DNA from: the human T2T-CHM13v2.0 reference genome, Homo sapiens
Reading direction: 5' to 3' (one strand)
DNA length: 64,000 nt
NCBI RefSeq assembly: GCF_009914755.1
Contig: NC_060936.1
Of this stretch, positions 1 to 14,073 are shown piece after piece (the first letter of the stretch is position 1; every line of letters begins with the position of its first letter). Under the pieces are notes generated by a model, which was not told the DNA's origin, searched no databases, and was given only the letters and a program-made list of their open reading frames with translations. The position numbers and the translations under genes are program-made.

Positions 1-65
1 TTGAATATTTGCCAGCAGTGTTTGTAGCTGCAGCATTTACCTAGAGATAACTGGTGGTAGGAAGC

Positions 66-73
<8 letters not shown>

Positions 74-109
<36 letters not shown>

Positions 110-136
110 CCCCCCACCCCCACCCACACACACACA
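74..136 (+). repeat. (CA)n microsatellite with C-rich interruption
   Basis: Visible CA dinucleotide runs at about 74-104 and 125-136. Confidence 0.95.
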
Positions 137-1534
137 GACTTTAGTCTCCAATATCTCTAATAGGGGTTTATACATGTAATCTCGGCAAATAATCCCTTCA
201 CGCAAGATAATGTTTACAAATGTCAGGCTCTCTTTTCTTCTAACCAAATTTTATATCATCGAAGTCACATCCTCATTTTGCAAAACTAGAACCAGTTTTG
301 ACCAGTTTCTAAGCATTTCTGAGAAAAATCTCTGTATCCAGTTTCCAAGGCCCTAAAAAGTCTATTGTCTTGAATTTGGTACTCTTTTATGATCTGGATG
401 GTTCTGACAGTGAGTGGTCTGATGACTACAATTATATATTCATTTTCTCCAACAATAATAGTTGCAAAACATTAAAAAAATAAACTTCCTGTTAGTCATA
501 AATATTGTTCTTCTGACCCCAAAATAATCCTGACTGCTCTTGACCTACATATATAATTGACATAAATGTTGTCACAACCAATTGAGTAGTAGATAGGGCA
601 TTGCACCCAGGAGAGTCTTACCTTCATAGCTCAGCTGTAACTTATAGAAATAACATTAGAAAGAATATAGTCCTCTACTAAGTATCACAGCTTAGATAAA
701 CAGAAGAAAGCTTATTTTGTTACCAAATTTTATTTCCTGCAAAACTGGCTTCATGTTACCAAGTTGGCTCCTTCTCTAGGTCTTCTTTGGTGATCCCTAA
801 ACTATTCAGTTCAACTGGGATATAGAATAGGTGGACATTCAGAATTAACGAGAGGTTATTACATTAATAGACTTTGCTAGCTTCATCATCCCTTTCAATG
901 TAGCATACAGGGCTGCAGGAATTTTGAATTCAATTCATGAAGCTACTAATAGTATCCATTGCCTAATTGTAGTATAGATCATCAAAGGAACTTAAGTCTG
1001 AGAAAGGCCCTTTCTGGCACCTTCACCCAAAAGCCCATGCCTATAATCAATAGATGTAATCAATGGGAATAAAATGGTTCTATATAGCATTTATAAAACT
1101 TATCTCAAGGTTCAATCCTATATTAACCTACTTATATCTGTCTCCCTAATAAATGAGTCCACCCAGACTCTACCTAAAAGTCTCACACATTCAAATACAT
1201 TGAATATTTAACTATATTGTCAGATAATCCCTATGTACCATGGCAGTGCTAGTTTATAGAAGGAACAACTGAATAGCCCATTTGATTAACACATTTAGCC
1301 ATAGGTGTTGGGTTACATGTCATGAAAATTGAAGGTACTTCTTTTACACCCAGTTTTATACTGCCTTACTAGTGAAATGAATATCCTGGTTGGAAGAACT
1401 GTAAGTTCTATATCTTCATTGTTTTAATTGTTCTCTAACAATATCCCCCATTTCTATATCTTCAGTCCTTTGTGGTGATAACTGGGGTGGCATGAGCTAG
1501 TCTGCATCCTAAATAGAGAAGACCTTCTGTCTTC

Positions 1535-2228
1535 TGTATCAGTCAGAGCCCAGTGAGGAAACATAAACTACACTAGTTATTTGTATAGAAAAAATTTAAT
1601 ATATAAAAACACAATAATTAGGATGCGTTTTCAACAGAGTAACTGAAAAGGAAACACAACAGTGAATTTTCGGGGGGATAGCAGTGATAGGAGGCAGCAA
1701 TCATCCCTAAGGCTGAAGAAACAAAGGCACAAGTTTAAGATTAGTAAAACTTAAAAGTGAGGATAAGAGACCTGTAGATTTAAAACACAAGCTTTGAGGA
1801 TGGCATGCTTACCTGGTGCTGGTTTCTCTAAACACCAGAAGGTGCCCAACAGCAACTTTGACTCAGCTCTCTGAAGAGGGGGTGCCTGTAAACTTACTCT
1901 GAAGGTAGTCTTCACATTAAAGAGTATTTGCAAATTAGACACCTCTGCTGCTATGAGAAGGAATTGTACCCCTGGAGTGAAAAATCGTTACTAGAATGAA
2001 ACACGCAGGAAAAGAAAGCAGTCATGAAGCAGATAAATGCACAGGGAAGAGCAAGTTTCTTCTTCTTCTTCTAGGCTTTCAATGTCTCTCTAGCACACCC
2101 TATCAACAAAGCCTAAAGAATACCAGCTAGAAAAGTAGAATTGTGGTGTGTAGAGATTGAGCCCTAGTAAAATAGAATATGGAACAGTGTGTTTGGAGCT
2201 CAGAGACAATAGCTTCATGAATGGCACA
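1535..2228 (-). mobile_element. Old ERVL-class solo LTR (LTR40/41/52-like), subfamily uncertain
   Basis: Starts tgtatcagtcagagcccagtgaggaaacataaactacact and ends ...tggcaca, giving TG...CA termini. Resembles ERVL LTR ends from memory. Confidence 0.45.
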
Positions 2229-2405
2229 GCTGTTCCCTTGTCTAATGGTCGCTCCTGGCCTTATGGGTTTCATACCAGTTAGATTTACACTGGTCCCTAT
2301 TTCTGTTAACAAATAAAGCACAGTTTAATAGCACTTAAGGATTCAGGAATATTAAGAAGAAAATGATTGATTATTGGTGCTGGTTGCCTGAGTGGTAATT
2401 AGGTA

Positions 2406-2556
2406 TGTATTAGTCAGGGTTCTCCAGAGAGACAGAACCAATAGAAATGGCTCATCATACATATATACATATACACATATGCATTTATTATAAATGATAA
2501 ATATATTAGTAATATACATAAGTAATATATACATTAGTTATATATATATACATATA

Positions 2557-2620
<64 letters not shown>

Positions 2621-3117
2621 AGAGGGGATTTATTAGGAAAATTTGCTCACATGATTATGGAGGCTGAGGAGTCCCATGACAGGCTGTCTGCAAGCTGGAG
2701 ACCCTGGGAAGTCAATAGCATGGCTCAGTCCAAGTCCAAAATCCTAAGAACCCAGGAGGACACTGGTGTAAGTAAGTCCCAGAGTCCAAAGGTCAGAGAT
2801 TCTGGAGTTTTGATATCTAAAGGTAGGAGAAGAAGAGTGTATCCCAGATCCAAGAGAGAGGGAGAGAGAGGGAGAGAGAGAGAGAAAGAGAGAGAGACAC
2901 CAATTTACTTTTCCTTTGTTTTTGTTCTATCTAAGTCTCCAGCCATTGGATGGTGCCTGCCTACATTGAGGAAGGATTTTCTGCACTTGGTCCACTCAAA
3001 CTCTCAGGATTATTTCATCTGGAAACACTCTCATAAGCATACTAAAAAATAATGCTTTACCAGTTCTCTAGGTATTCCTTAATATAGTCATGTTGACACC
3101 TAAAATTAACCATCACA
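2406..3117 (-). mobile_element. MLT2B-type (ERVL) solo LTR with internal (TG)n/(TA)n expansion
   Basis: Termini tgtattagtcagggttctccagaga and gttgacacctaaaattaaccatcaca. 5-bp TSD aggta (2401-2405) / aagta (3118-3122). Confidence 0.9.
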
Positions 3118-3140
3118 AAGTATAAGCTGTTCATAAGGGT

Positions 3141-3172
<32 letters not shown>

Positions 3173-3194
3173 CACACACACACACATATATGTA
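3141..3194. repeat. Compound (TG)n-TATA-(CA)n microsatellite
   Basis: Directly visible, uninterrupted purine-pyrimidine alternation. Confidence 0.95.
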
Positions 3195-3299
3195 AGAATA
3201 TGTTTACGTGGTTTGAAATGTGATTGATATATACATGGTTTGTCCCCATACCTCTTAAATTCATTCAACCATCTATGAGTTCATCTATGAGGAATATAT

Positions 3300-3720
3300 A
3301 AAAATATCAAGCTGTCAATTCCCCATCTGAGGATCACATTAATGGGATTTCTCATGTTCATTTTGAATTTAGGCATGATTGGAACATTTGTCTATAATTA
3401 ATTACTCCCAAATAGGCATACAACAACCAGTTCTGTCCACTTGCTGTACCACAGTACAAGTCACTGGTTACAACTCTTGTGTTGGTGTACACCAAGCAAA
3501 CAATATCTGTGTGATGCTGATTAGTCATGGCTAGGCAAACTACATGCATTTCAGCCTCTTACCATGACCATTCTTATATTGCTTCACTCTGTTACCAGTT
3601 TTGGTCAGCTATAGTAGAGCATCTTTTCAGTGGTAGCCACCAGAATACTTGGCATTATCACCAGTATATCAAGCTCTATTGTGTTGTTCTTTAACAATAT
3701 TCTTAGAACAGTGGGATTGT
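3300..3720 (-). mobile_element. Highly decayed LTR-retroelement pol (RNase H-like) remnant
   Basis: Minus-strand ORF 3358-3549 reads VYTNTRVVTSDL...GQNW, loosely resembling the ERVL/gypsy RNase H motif YTDSWAVANGL...W. Boundaries approximate. Confidence 0.35.
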
Positions 3721-3734
3721 AGACAATCTAATCC

Positions 3735-4500
3735 TAAAATGGGCAAAATAATGAAAAAAAATCTAAATAGCTAAAACACATGAAAAGATGATATATTTTC
3801 TTAGTCACCAAGGAAATGCTATAAAGTAATCTCACTTCACATGCACCAGAATGACTACAATTCTTTTTAAAAGCTGATGATACCATGTATTGGGGAGATG
3901 TAGAACAATTAAAATGTTCCTACTCTGCTGGTGGGAGTTCAAGTTTGTGCAACAAATTTGGGAACACTGTTTGTCAGAACCTACTAAAGTTAACCACATG
4001 TATATCCTATGACCCAGAGAGCCACATCTAGTTATATCTGACAGAATTGTGTGTATGTACAAAATGATGAACAAGAAAGTTCTTTTTCAGCACTATGAAT
4101 AATAGACAAAAACTAAAAACAATGTGAATGTGTATTAACGTTGAAATAAATAAATTGCAGTCTTTCACAAAAAAACCTTGAAAATTAATTGCAATTATAA
4201 CTAACAGCATAAATCAATATCATAAAGCTAATGTGGAATTCAAGAAGCCAAAGACAAGAATACATACTATATTATCCTAGTTATGTAAAGTTCAATCACA
4301 AGTAGAATCAACCTATGGTGAGAAGCTATGATAGTAGTTGCATTTGGGTCTGGTATGGAGCTAAGAAAAACTTCTGAAATAGTAGTAATATTCTGTTTCT
4401 TGATTTTTGTGCTGTTACATGGGTGTGATACCTTCATGCAAACTTACTGAGCTGTATATTATAAGATGTGCACTTTTCTGCACAATCTTTAAAGTTTTCA
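3735..4500 (+). mobile_element. Ancient L1M (L1ME-like) ORF2 3' end / 3'UTR fragment
   Basis: aaaatgggcaaaa...catgaaaagatg...cacatgcaccagaatgactac and cctatgacccag motifs typical of old L1 3' ends. Confidence 0.75.
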
Positions 4501-5995
4501 AGTAGAAGGGAAGAAAGTGGTGAAACCTTTGTGCTTTATCTGATAGAAGTTCCCCAGAAGACACTGGAACTATCCACACTGTAGCTTCTACTGCTACATG
4601 TTCATGGTCCTGATATACTCTGCCTCTACTTCAACCTTTGGCATGTTCTTGGATATAACACCATTATCTAATGAGAAAGCAAACTCTGCTCAGCAAATGT
4701 TTTTACATAAATGTTGCTCTAGTATAACTTAGGACACAAATGGAATTTCTAGGGGCAGAGTAATCAAATGATACTCAATAATATAACAAGCATTGTTGTT
4801 CAAATGGAGGTGGACTGGCCAGAATCTACATACGAGCGCTATACCATTCTCACGGTGTCTGTCATACCTCCAGTCAGGGTGTATTATCATGGTAGATAAC
4901 TCAAGGATCATGGGAGCTGATGAGTCATTCCAGGCACAGTCAAGTCAGTGGGAATGGCCCTGGTCACTCAGGTCTTCACACAAAGTTAGCCTAAATTGGT
5001 AGGTAATATGAAAGATTTTCATTCTGCCTATATTATCAGAACCTTGATAATTACTTGGTTGTTCACTTGTTATTTTAGTGGTTGGAGCCATGGCCATACA
5101 TGAAACACTTATGTACTAGTGACATATTCAGTTAATGGAGACAAAATTACCTCAACCTTGTGGAAGGCTCCATACCATTCAGCATGAAGTCATTGTTCTG
5201 CCTTATCTGAGAAAGGCCCTGTGATCTCTCCCAGGTGGAGAAGTTCAGGAAACCTTGGCCGCATTCTCAATCTGCTTTAAAATGAAACTCTTTAGGCATC
5301 TGTTTCGGGTTCTCAGCCTTATGAACAGTTTTCTACCTTATCCTGTGTTGTCCACTCTACATTGTACTCTTTCTGTACAGGATTTGGAAAAACATGGCTT
5401 TTCTTTATATTTAAAGAATGTCAGTGGAAGACTCTCTAGGGGTATACTCATCTCAGGAGCCAGTGTAGCCATAACCTCAAGCAAAGATTAAAAGAAAAAT
5501 ATAAATATAACTATATATAAATCCTTTTTCAAGATACCCATCTTGGGAAAGAATGTTTTAATAATTATTTTTTCAGGCCTGTTATCACTCTCCAATTTTA
5601 TTTCAACTAGTTTAAACCAACAAGATGATCTATTTTAAATGAAATGATTTCTGAAACATAAAATATTACACCAATGTAAGCTTTATATATGTCAATTAAA
5701 TGTGTTTAATTTGTACTAGAATTTGATATTCTCCTAGTAGAAATAGCAGAAAATTATTTCTGTGACTGTCCCCTCTGAGAATCATAAAAAAACCATCTCA
5801 ATTAGCTTATACTAAATTTTCACAAATCACAAAGCTCCAAGACACAGTTCTTTTCATAATGTTAAATATCTTATTGTTAAGAATAAATATTTTAATTTTA
5901 CATTAAAAAGTTGCTCAGAATATTATATGATCTTAACATTTACAGTTAATTATTACCTTTGTCATCTTGCATCTTTTAAAAAGCCATTCCTATAG

Positions 5996-6611
5996 TGTGG
6001 TGCACAGAATAATGGTCCCCCAACGATAGCCATGCCCTAATTTCCAGGATCTGTCAACATTTTGTACTATATGGCATGATTTTGCAGATGTTATTGAGGT
6101 AACTGGATCTTGAGACTTTATGCTTGATTATTCAGGGGGACCCAGTGTAATTACTTGAGTCCTTAAAAGCAGAGAGCCTTTACTGCCTGGATCAGAAAGA
6201 TGAGACAGAAGAAAAAGAAGAGATTCAAAATGTAAGAGAAACTTGACCCACTGTTGCTGACACTGAAGGTCGAGGAAGGGGACCACAAGCCAAGGAAGCC
6301 CCTGGAAACATGGGTAGCCTCTAGAAAGGAGGCCAGCCTTCAGCTGACAGCCAGCAAGAAAACAATAACTTAAATCCCACAACCACAGGAACTGAATCCT
6401 GCCCACAATCCATGTGAGCAAGAAATAGACTATCCTGTAGAGTCTCCAGAAAGGAACACAGCTCTGCCAATACTTTGATTTTACCCCAGTGAGATATATG
6501 CCAGACTCATTACCTAAAGAACATTAAGATATTAAATCTGTACTGTTTTAAGCTGCTAAGTTTGTGGTGTTTCCTTTTTTTTTTTTACAGCATCAATAAA
6601 TAACTAATACA
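5996..6611 (+). mobile_element. MLT1D/E MaLR solo LTR
   Basis: Begins tgtggtgcacagaataatggtccccc, contains cagctgacagccagcaag, ends aactaataca. Confidence 0.85.
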
Positions 6612-6864
6612 TGTACAGAAAGTTTTATGATGTAAGGTAAAGATTTCTCAGACCTTCCCTTTCCATAGTTAAAACAGGCATTAATGAATTTTTAAATTGA
6701 AAATTACTAGTTATTTCCTTGAAGAGGCTTTTCTGGCCTCCTATATCCTTTGATATTACTCGTTAAGAGTCAGGAGAAGAATTGTATAGCATAATTGGGC
6801 AATGAGCAAAAAGCTCAGGCCAATTCTTCAATTCCCTCTGAGGAATTAGCTCTTCATTACTTTT

Positions 6865-7055
6865 ACAATATTTATTGAGCATCTTAAGATTTGTGCACTG
6901 TTCTTCATGCTGAAAATACAGAAATGAATAAAGTTTATGTCATTGTAAAGATTACTTTCTAGTATGGGAAAGGGAGTCAGATTTCAAACCAGTAATCTAA
7001 AAAACATGTAATATATCAGGGGAAATACATGCTATGAGTAAAAGTAAAGCAGTTT
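6865..7055 (-). mobile_element. L2 3' end fragment
   Basis: atatttattgagcatc...tgtgcactg...gaaaatacagaaatgaataa matches the antisense L2 tail. Confidence 0.6.
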
Positions 7056-7399
7056 AACCATTCAAGGCCACAAATGAAAATAACCAGTATGCTGAAATTA
7101 GGATAATCTAAGATGACGCTGTGGTTCCAAGAAAATGGGGCATTTTTATGCTTCCTATTCTCCCATCAGTTGGCCATAGACAGTTGGCTGGTGCAGTTGT
7201 AAGAAGTGTGCCACAGAGAAGGGCAGCTAAAGTTCCAGTTTTCTGTTTGGAAGACCAGAAAGAAGATCACGCCAGAGAAGAAGAAATTGCTGGAGAAATT
7301 ATGAAGTAACAGGAGCCTGGGAAAACAACCTTATAAATGTATGTTCTCTTGGGCTCAGCCCTGTAATTCTTCAATTTATTTAGGCAAGGTTAGAGAAAC

Positions 7400-8700
7400 A
7401 TCTCAGAGCAAGATGGCCAAGCAGAGAAGGCGGCAACATGTGATATCTTGGATACATTCCGGCAGCCTCTTTTGTTTTCTGTTTTCTAAAACCCCAGCCT
7501 CCAGACAAGCCAACAAAGGCAATGGTTGTAGAAGTGACGCAGGTGGCAGTGAGGGCAGCAGGCCCTTAAAAATGGGAGATGGCAGAATTTATTTTCTCAT
7601 CAAAGGAGCTATGGTCTTAGGAGGATAGGTGAATACCCCTGCCCCTTACCTTTTCTTCTCTATCTTTCTGTTTTCCAAATAGTTGTCCCCAGACGTGGGC
7701 ACAGTCACAGCCAGGGCAGACATTAGTCACCAAAACCCCAGATTTCTGGCTGCAGGAGCAAAGAAAGGAGCGCTAGGGATTTATCCAAACTGAACAACAG
7801 AGAGGAAAAAAAAAAAGGTTTTAAAAAGTGCATAGAGCCCCAGGAGCCTGTGGGACAAAACCAAAAGATCAAACACTCTGGACATCAGAGTTTAAGAAGA
7901 GGAAAAATAATGTAGCGCAAAAAAAAAATTAAAGAAATAAAGGCTCGAAACTTTCTAAATTTGGCAAAAGGCATAAACTTACAGTTTTGAGAAGCTCAGC
8001 AAAACCCAAACTGGATAAACTCCAAAATATTATGTCCAGACATACAACAATTAACTTCCTAAAAACTAATGACAAAGGAAAGAAAATCTTAAAATTATAG
8101 AAAAACAGTATGTCACTTATAGGGAAAAAAATGACTTGAATTTCCATTGATTTCTGATCGAAAACACGGAGGCCAGAAGAAAGTAGAACAATATTTTCAA
8201 AGTATCGAAGGAAAAGAATGGTAATTCCAGAATTCTATATACAGACAAAATGTACTTCAGTAATAAAAGTTAAATGAAGACATTCCCAGATGAAAGAAAA
8301 CTAAGAGAATCAGAGACCTATTCTAAAAGAAATTCTTCAGTTAGAAGAGAAATAATGCCAGTAGAAAACTTGAACTGTCTGGAAGAAGGAAGAAAAAAGA
8401 AATGGTAAATATCTGGGTAAATATAATGGATTATCTTCTCCTTTTGAGCTCCTTAAAATATGTTTATAGTTGACGCAAAATTTATAACATTGCCTGGAAA
8501 GAAGTTCAATATATGTAGACATAATACAAAGGAAAAAGTGCCAAGAGTTATCATTCTACTTGAATTGGTAAAATATTGATTCTAAATAGACTTTGAAAGT
8601 CAAAATACTAAAAATTCTAAAGAAATAATAAAAATACAATTGAGAAATTAAAATATAATAGAAAATGCTAAAACATTCAAAATAAGGAAGGAATGGGAGA
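7400..8700 (+). mobile_element. Ancient L1M 5'/ORF1 fragment
   Basis: ORF1-like segments gagcctgtgggacaaaaccaaaagatc, gaggccagaagaaagtagaacaatattttcaaag, ccagaattctatat. Boundaries approximate. Confidence 0.65.
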
Positions 8701-9793
8701 GCTGTGAATGGAAATGGCAGCTTCTGTTTCATATGAGAAGGAAATGAACTACTTTTCTTCCTTTCACTGTTACACGAGAGAATGACAAAAAATAGAGGTA
8801 TAAAATTAGATGATAAGAAATTGAAACAGTAGCTGCCATAACATAGGAGGCATACACTCCCAAGAGAGAGATAACAGTGGTGGGTGGGGCAGTGTCAGGG
8901 GTGGTTTCACAGCATAATAATACTCTCAGATGTTATTTAAATGACAGAAGAGAGTTAACTTGTCCAGTTAGGACTATAAATGAGGAAAAGGGAAGAATTA
9001 TTGAAAGAAAAAAGTTGAGAAAATAATATTTGGTGTTTTGTTGGAAATAATTCTAAATTGAAAGATGAGTCAGTGATATCAAGGATATTGAATGAGGGAG
9101 GGATAGGCTGGTAGGAGAAGCTATAGACAATATAAAGGATGTGAAAGAATGAGGCAGGCTCTGTAGGGTAGCTCTGTAGGGTAGCCCATTGAATACTACC
9201 CTATGCAGTGATCACTTACTACAATGCTATTTTTTCATATCTTTGTCTCTCCTGCTCTTGCTCTCAACTCTATCTTCCAGTATACTTGATATGTAGATTG
9301 TGGATATATTTTGTATACACAAACACATACCCAAACACACAGGCTCTGGGTACAATTGAATGCTCTTACCTTATATTCTCTCAGACTGCATGCTACACTC
9401 TGAGGCCGTATTTGTACATCACACTTAAAAAGAGCTCCAATGACTGCTGAAGTACACTAGTCTACATGGAATGTGCTTTGTAATATATGTAGTTTACTCC
9501 AGTAAAACTTGTTTATCACAATCTAAGTTGTGCATTGTCCAACAGTTTTGACCCATAAACCAGTTGTCAAATAGTACAGAGATGACAGTGTAGAGATGAT
9601 ACAGTCACAAACACTCCAAACCACCATAAAGTTTTCCTTTTAATGCCCAGTAAGGAGTATATATCAATATTTAATTAGCACAAAAAATAAAGAGGAATTA
9701 GAAGGTAAAGTTCATGGGAAATTAAGAATTTGGTATATTCAAAGAACAAAAATATATTTCTTAAAACTCATGATAATGGGATGACATCTTTAA

Positions 9794-10309
9794 TGCTTTT
9801 CCCACTTAGAAAAAAAAAGTGCAGCTCACTGCCAGAGTTCATTTAATTTTACATAAACATGATCTTTGAGGCTGAAGCAAATCTGACTGACTTTCAATGT
9901 GAAAATAAAATGTAAAAGCTATTCTTGGAGTTATTTCTAAACAGAACTAACATCAGAATCGTCTGAATCATCAGAATCATCTATTTCGGAAAAAAATAGG
10001 ATTCATCAAATGAATCTTTGGCCAACAATTGTTTGAAAACAATGTTAACATCACACATAGGAATGCTACAGTTTATAGGATTTCACATTTTCAGGAATCA
10101 GGAATGACTGTATTTTGTAAATGGAAATACCACTACTAAAAGCAGAATGCTGTAAATAGTATGATGTCTTTCATTTCCAAAGTGGGCTATACTAGACCAA
10201 TGTGAATATAACAATAAAAGTGAGATATTTCATGGCAAAGTTATCTTGGGGTAAATGTTGCAGCTGCAAACACTGCTGGCAAGTATTCTTGTGGCAAACA
10301 GGACAAGGG
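9794..10309 (-). mobile_element. MER75 piggyBac-family non-autonomous DNA transposon, full length
   Basis: 516 bp flanked by TTAA at 9790-9793 and 10310-10313. Degenerate terminal inverted repeats (tgcttttcccactt / aaacaggacaaggg). Body matches recalled MER75 consensus (cagaatcgtctgaatcatcagaatc). Confidence 0.9.
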
Positions 10310-10738
10310 TTAATGTTACTTCAAACTGCATAGTGCCATTAGTAAAAGATTAGCAGTATCTGTGACTAGCCATTTGAAAAGCTCAAAATAAGTGGTCATA
10401 AAGAGTTGAAGGTTATACAAACATTAACTTAGAACTTTAGAACTGGAAGATATCTTAGAGAATACTTTGTCTGACCCTTCATTATACAGATAAAGAAACT
10501 CAGTTACTAACCTAAGATCCCAAATTAGAAAATGGAAGAGCCAGAGAAAATTCAAACTGAGTCAAAGATGACCCAACATATCTGTCCTTTAATTTTTTGA
10601 GGATATAACTGTAAGCTGAATGTCTTAAAACTCATATGACTATAACAATAAAATGGCATGCCTTTCTATTCCCCAATTATTTTAATAATTTCAACTTTTA
10701 TTTTAGATTTAGAGAATACGTATGCACATGTGCAGGTG

Positions 10739-11048
10739 TTTTTTGTTTTTGTTTATTCTTTATACAGGGTCTTTCTCTGTCATCCCCACAGGAATGGTAT
10801 GGCAAGATCTCAGCTCACTGCAACTTCCACCTCCTGAGCTCAAGCAATCTTCCAGCCTCAGCATTCTGAGTAACTGGGACTACAGGTGTGTGACACCATA
10901 TCTAGCCATTTTTTTCATTTTTTTTTTCTATAGAGATGAGGTTTGACTGTGTTGCTCAGACTGGTCTCAAAGTTCTGGGCTTAAGTGATACCCCCTCCTC
11001 AGCCTCCCAAAGTGATGGGATTACAGGTATGAGCCACCATGCCTGGTC
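10739..11048 (-). mobile_element. AluJ
   Basis: Antisense dimeric Alu (gagctcaagcaatcttcc, gggattacaggtatgagccacc) with tgcaggt repeated on both sides. Confidence 0.9.
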
Positions 11049-12815
11049 AATGCAGGTTTGTTATCTGGGGCTATTGCAGGATGCTGAGGTTTGGAGTACA
11101 ATTGGTAGTGCCACCCAGGAAGTGAACAAAATAACCAATAGTTTTTCAACACATGGCCCACACTCTCCCTCCCCTCTTCTAGTAGTTCCCAGTTTCTACT
11201 GTAGCCAACATTATGTCCAAGAATAAACAATGTTTAGCTTCCACTTATAAGTGAGAATATACAGTATTTCATTTTCTGTTCCTGCATTAATTTGCTTAAG
11301 ATTATGGCCTCCAGCTGTAGCCATGTTGCTGCAAAGGGCATGATTTTGTTCATTTAATGACTGCATAGTATTTCACAGTGTATGTGTACCACATTTTTTA
11401 ATCCAATCAACCATTGATGGGCACCTAGGTTGATGTGATGTATCTGCTCTTATGAGCAGTGCTGCAATAAACATATGAGTGCATGTGTCTTTTTGGTATA
11501 ATGTTCTATATTCCTTTATGTATGTACCCAGTAATGGGATTGCTGCATCAAATGATAGTTATATTTTAAGTTTCTTGAGAAATCTCCCAACTGCTTTTCA
11601 CAGTGGCTAAACTAGTTAACACTCCCACCAACAATGTGTAAGTGCTCTCTTTTCTCCACATCCTCACCAGATATGTTGTGTTTGACTTTTTAATCAGATA
11701 CATTCTGACCTATGTGAGATAGTGTCTCATTGTGGTTTCTACTTGCATCTCTCTGATGATTAGTGATGTAGAAGGGTATTTTTTCATATGTTTGTTGGCT
11801 GCTTGTATTTCTGCTTTTTAGAGTGTACTTTCATGCCCTTTGCCCATTTTTAATGGAGGTATTTGTTTTTTGCTTGTTGAATTAAGTTCCTTATATGTTC
11901 TGGATGTTAGATCTTTGTTGGATGCGTGATTTGTGACTATTTTTTCCCATTCTGTAGGTTGTCTGTTTACTCTGTTGATAGTTTCCTTTGCTGTGCAGAA
12001 GCTCTTTAATTACCCCATTTGTCAATTTTTGTTTTTGTTGCAATTGCTTTTGAGGACTTAGTAATAATTTTTTCCCCCAAGGCTGATGTCCAGGATGGTG
12101 TTTCCTAGATTTTCTTCTATAATTCTTATAGTTGTAGCTCTTACATTCAAATAGTTAATCCACCTTGAGTTAAATTTTGTATATGGTAAAAAGTGGACAT
12201 CCAATTTCATTTTTCTGCATATGGCTAGCCAAGTATCCCAGCACTATTTATTGGATACGGAGTCCTTTCCCATTCCCTACTTTTGTCGAATTTTTTGAAG
12301 ATCAGATTACTGTATACGTGCAGCCTTATTTCTGGGTTCTCTATTCTGGTCCATCAGTTCATGTATCTGTTTTTGTACCAGTACTATACTGTTTTTGTTA
12401 TGGTAGTCTTATAGTTTTAAGCCAGGTAATGTGATGTCCACAGCTTTTTCTTATGATTGCTTTGGGTTATTCTGGCTCATTTTTCATTCCATATGAATTT
12501 TAGAACAGTTTTTACTAGTTCTGTAAAAAACAATGTTGGTAGTTTAATTGAATAATGTTGAATCTATAGATTGCTTTGAGCAGTATGGATATTTTAATGA
12601 TATTGGTTCTTCCAATCCACAAGGCATGGGATGTTTTTCTGGTTGCTTCATCTATGATTTCTTTCAGCAATGTTTTATAGTTCTTGCAAAGGTTTTTCAC
12701 CTCCTTGATTAGATGTATTCCTGGGTATTTTATCTTTTTATGGCTATTGAAAATGGAATAGCCTTCTTAATTTGACTCTGCATGAACATTATTGAAGTAT
12801 AGAAATGTTACTGAA

Positions 12816-13120
12816 GGCCCAGTGTGGTGGCTCACAACTGTAATCCTAGCACTTTGGGAGGCTGAAGCAGAAGGATCACTTGAGCCCAGGAGTTGCAGAC
12901 AACCCTGCACAATAAAGTGAGACCCTAACTCTACCAAAAAAAAAAAATCAAAAATGAGCCAGGCAAGGTGACATGTACCTGAGGTCCTAGCTATTTGCAA
13001 GGCTAAGGTGGGAGGTTTGCTTGAACCCAGGAAGTTGAGGCTGTAGTGAGCCAAGGTCACAGAATAGCCTTCCAGCCTGGTAAAGAGAGTGAGATTCTGT
13101 CAAAACAATATTAAGAAAAA
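12816..13120 (+). mobile_element. AluJ
   Basis: ggcccagtgtggtggctcac...ggatcacttgagcccaggag. TSD agaaatgttactga (12801-12814) / agaaatgcttctga (13121-13134). Confidence 0.92.
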
Positions 13121-13777
13121 AGAAATGCTTCTGATTTTTGTACATTGATTTTATATCCTGAACCTTTACTGAAGTCATTTGTCAGTTCTAGGAGCCTTTT
13201 AGTAGATTGTTGAGGGTTTTGTAGGTATAGAATCATATCATTAGTGAAGAGAGATAGCGTGACTTGTTTTCTTATTTGGATGATTTTATTTCTCTTGTCA
13301 GATTGCTCTGGCTAGCATTTCTAGTGCTATGTTGAATAGGAGTGATGACAGTGAGCATTCTTACCTATTCTAGATCTCTGAAAGGGGAATACTTTCAGTT
13401 TTTGCCTGTCCAGTATGATGTTGGCTGTGGGTTTGTCATAGAAGGCTCTTATGTTTTGAGGTATGTTCCTTCAATGCCTAGTTTCTTGAGGGTTTTTTTT
13501 TTTTTTATCATGAAGCGGTGTTAGATTTTATTGAAAGATTTTTCTGTATCTATTGGGATGATCATATGGTTTTTGTTTTTAATTCAGATTATTTGTGAAT
13601 CACATTTATTGATTTGCATATGTTAAATCAACTTTGCAATTTATGAAAGAAGCCTATTTGTCTGTGGGTCTATGGTAAATTAACTTTGTGATAGGCTGCT
13701 GGACTCAAGTTTGCCAGTATTTTGTTGAGGATTTTTGCATTTACATCCATCAAGGGTATAGGCCTGTATCATCATCA

Positions 13778-14073
13778 GGTATATTTGAAGAACAAAAATA
13801 CATTTTTTAAAACTCATGATAATGGGATGACATCTTTAATGCTTTTCCCATTTAGAAAAAAAAAAGTGCAGCTTGCTGCCAGAGTTCATTTAATTTTACA
13901 TAAACATGGTCTTTGAGGCTGAAGCAAATCTGACTGATTTTCAATGTGAAAATAAAATGTAAAAACTGTTCTTGGAGTTATTTCTAAACAGAACTAACAT
14001 CAGAATCATCTGAATCATCAGAATCATCTATTCTGGAAAATTGGATTCATCAACTGAATCTTTGGCCAACAAC
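13778..14073 (+). repeat. Direct duplicate of 9732-10029 (unique flank plus partial MER75) inserted within L1
   Basis: Near-colinear alignment over about 296 bp, including 62 bp outside the MER75 terminus. Confidence 0.95.

Noticed and set aside
2558-3052. 164-aa ORF
   Set aside because: Runs through (TG)/(TA)/(GA) repeats and an antisense MLT2 LTR. No evidence of coding function.
13836-14073. Second MER75 as an independent piggyBac insertion
   Set aside because: It carries the donor's unique flank and lacks the other terminus and TTAA, so it is a copy of the locus.
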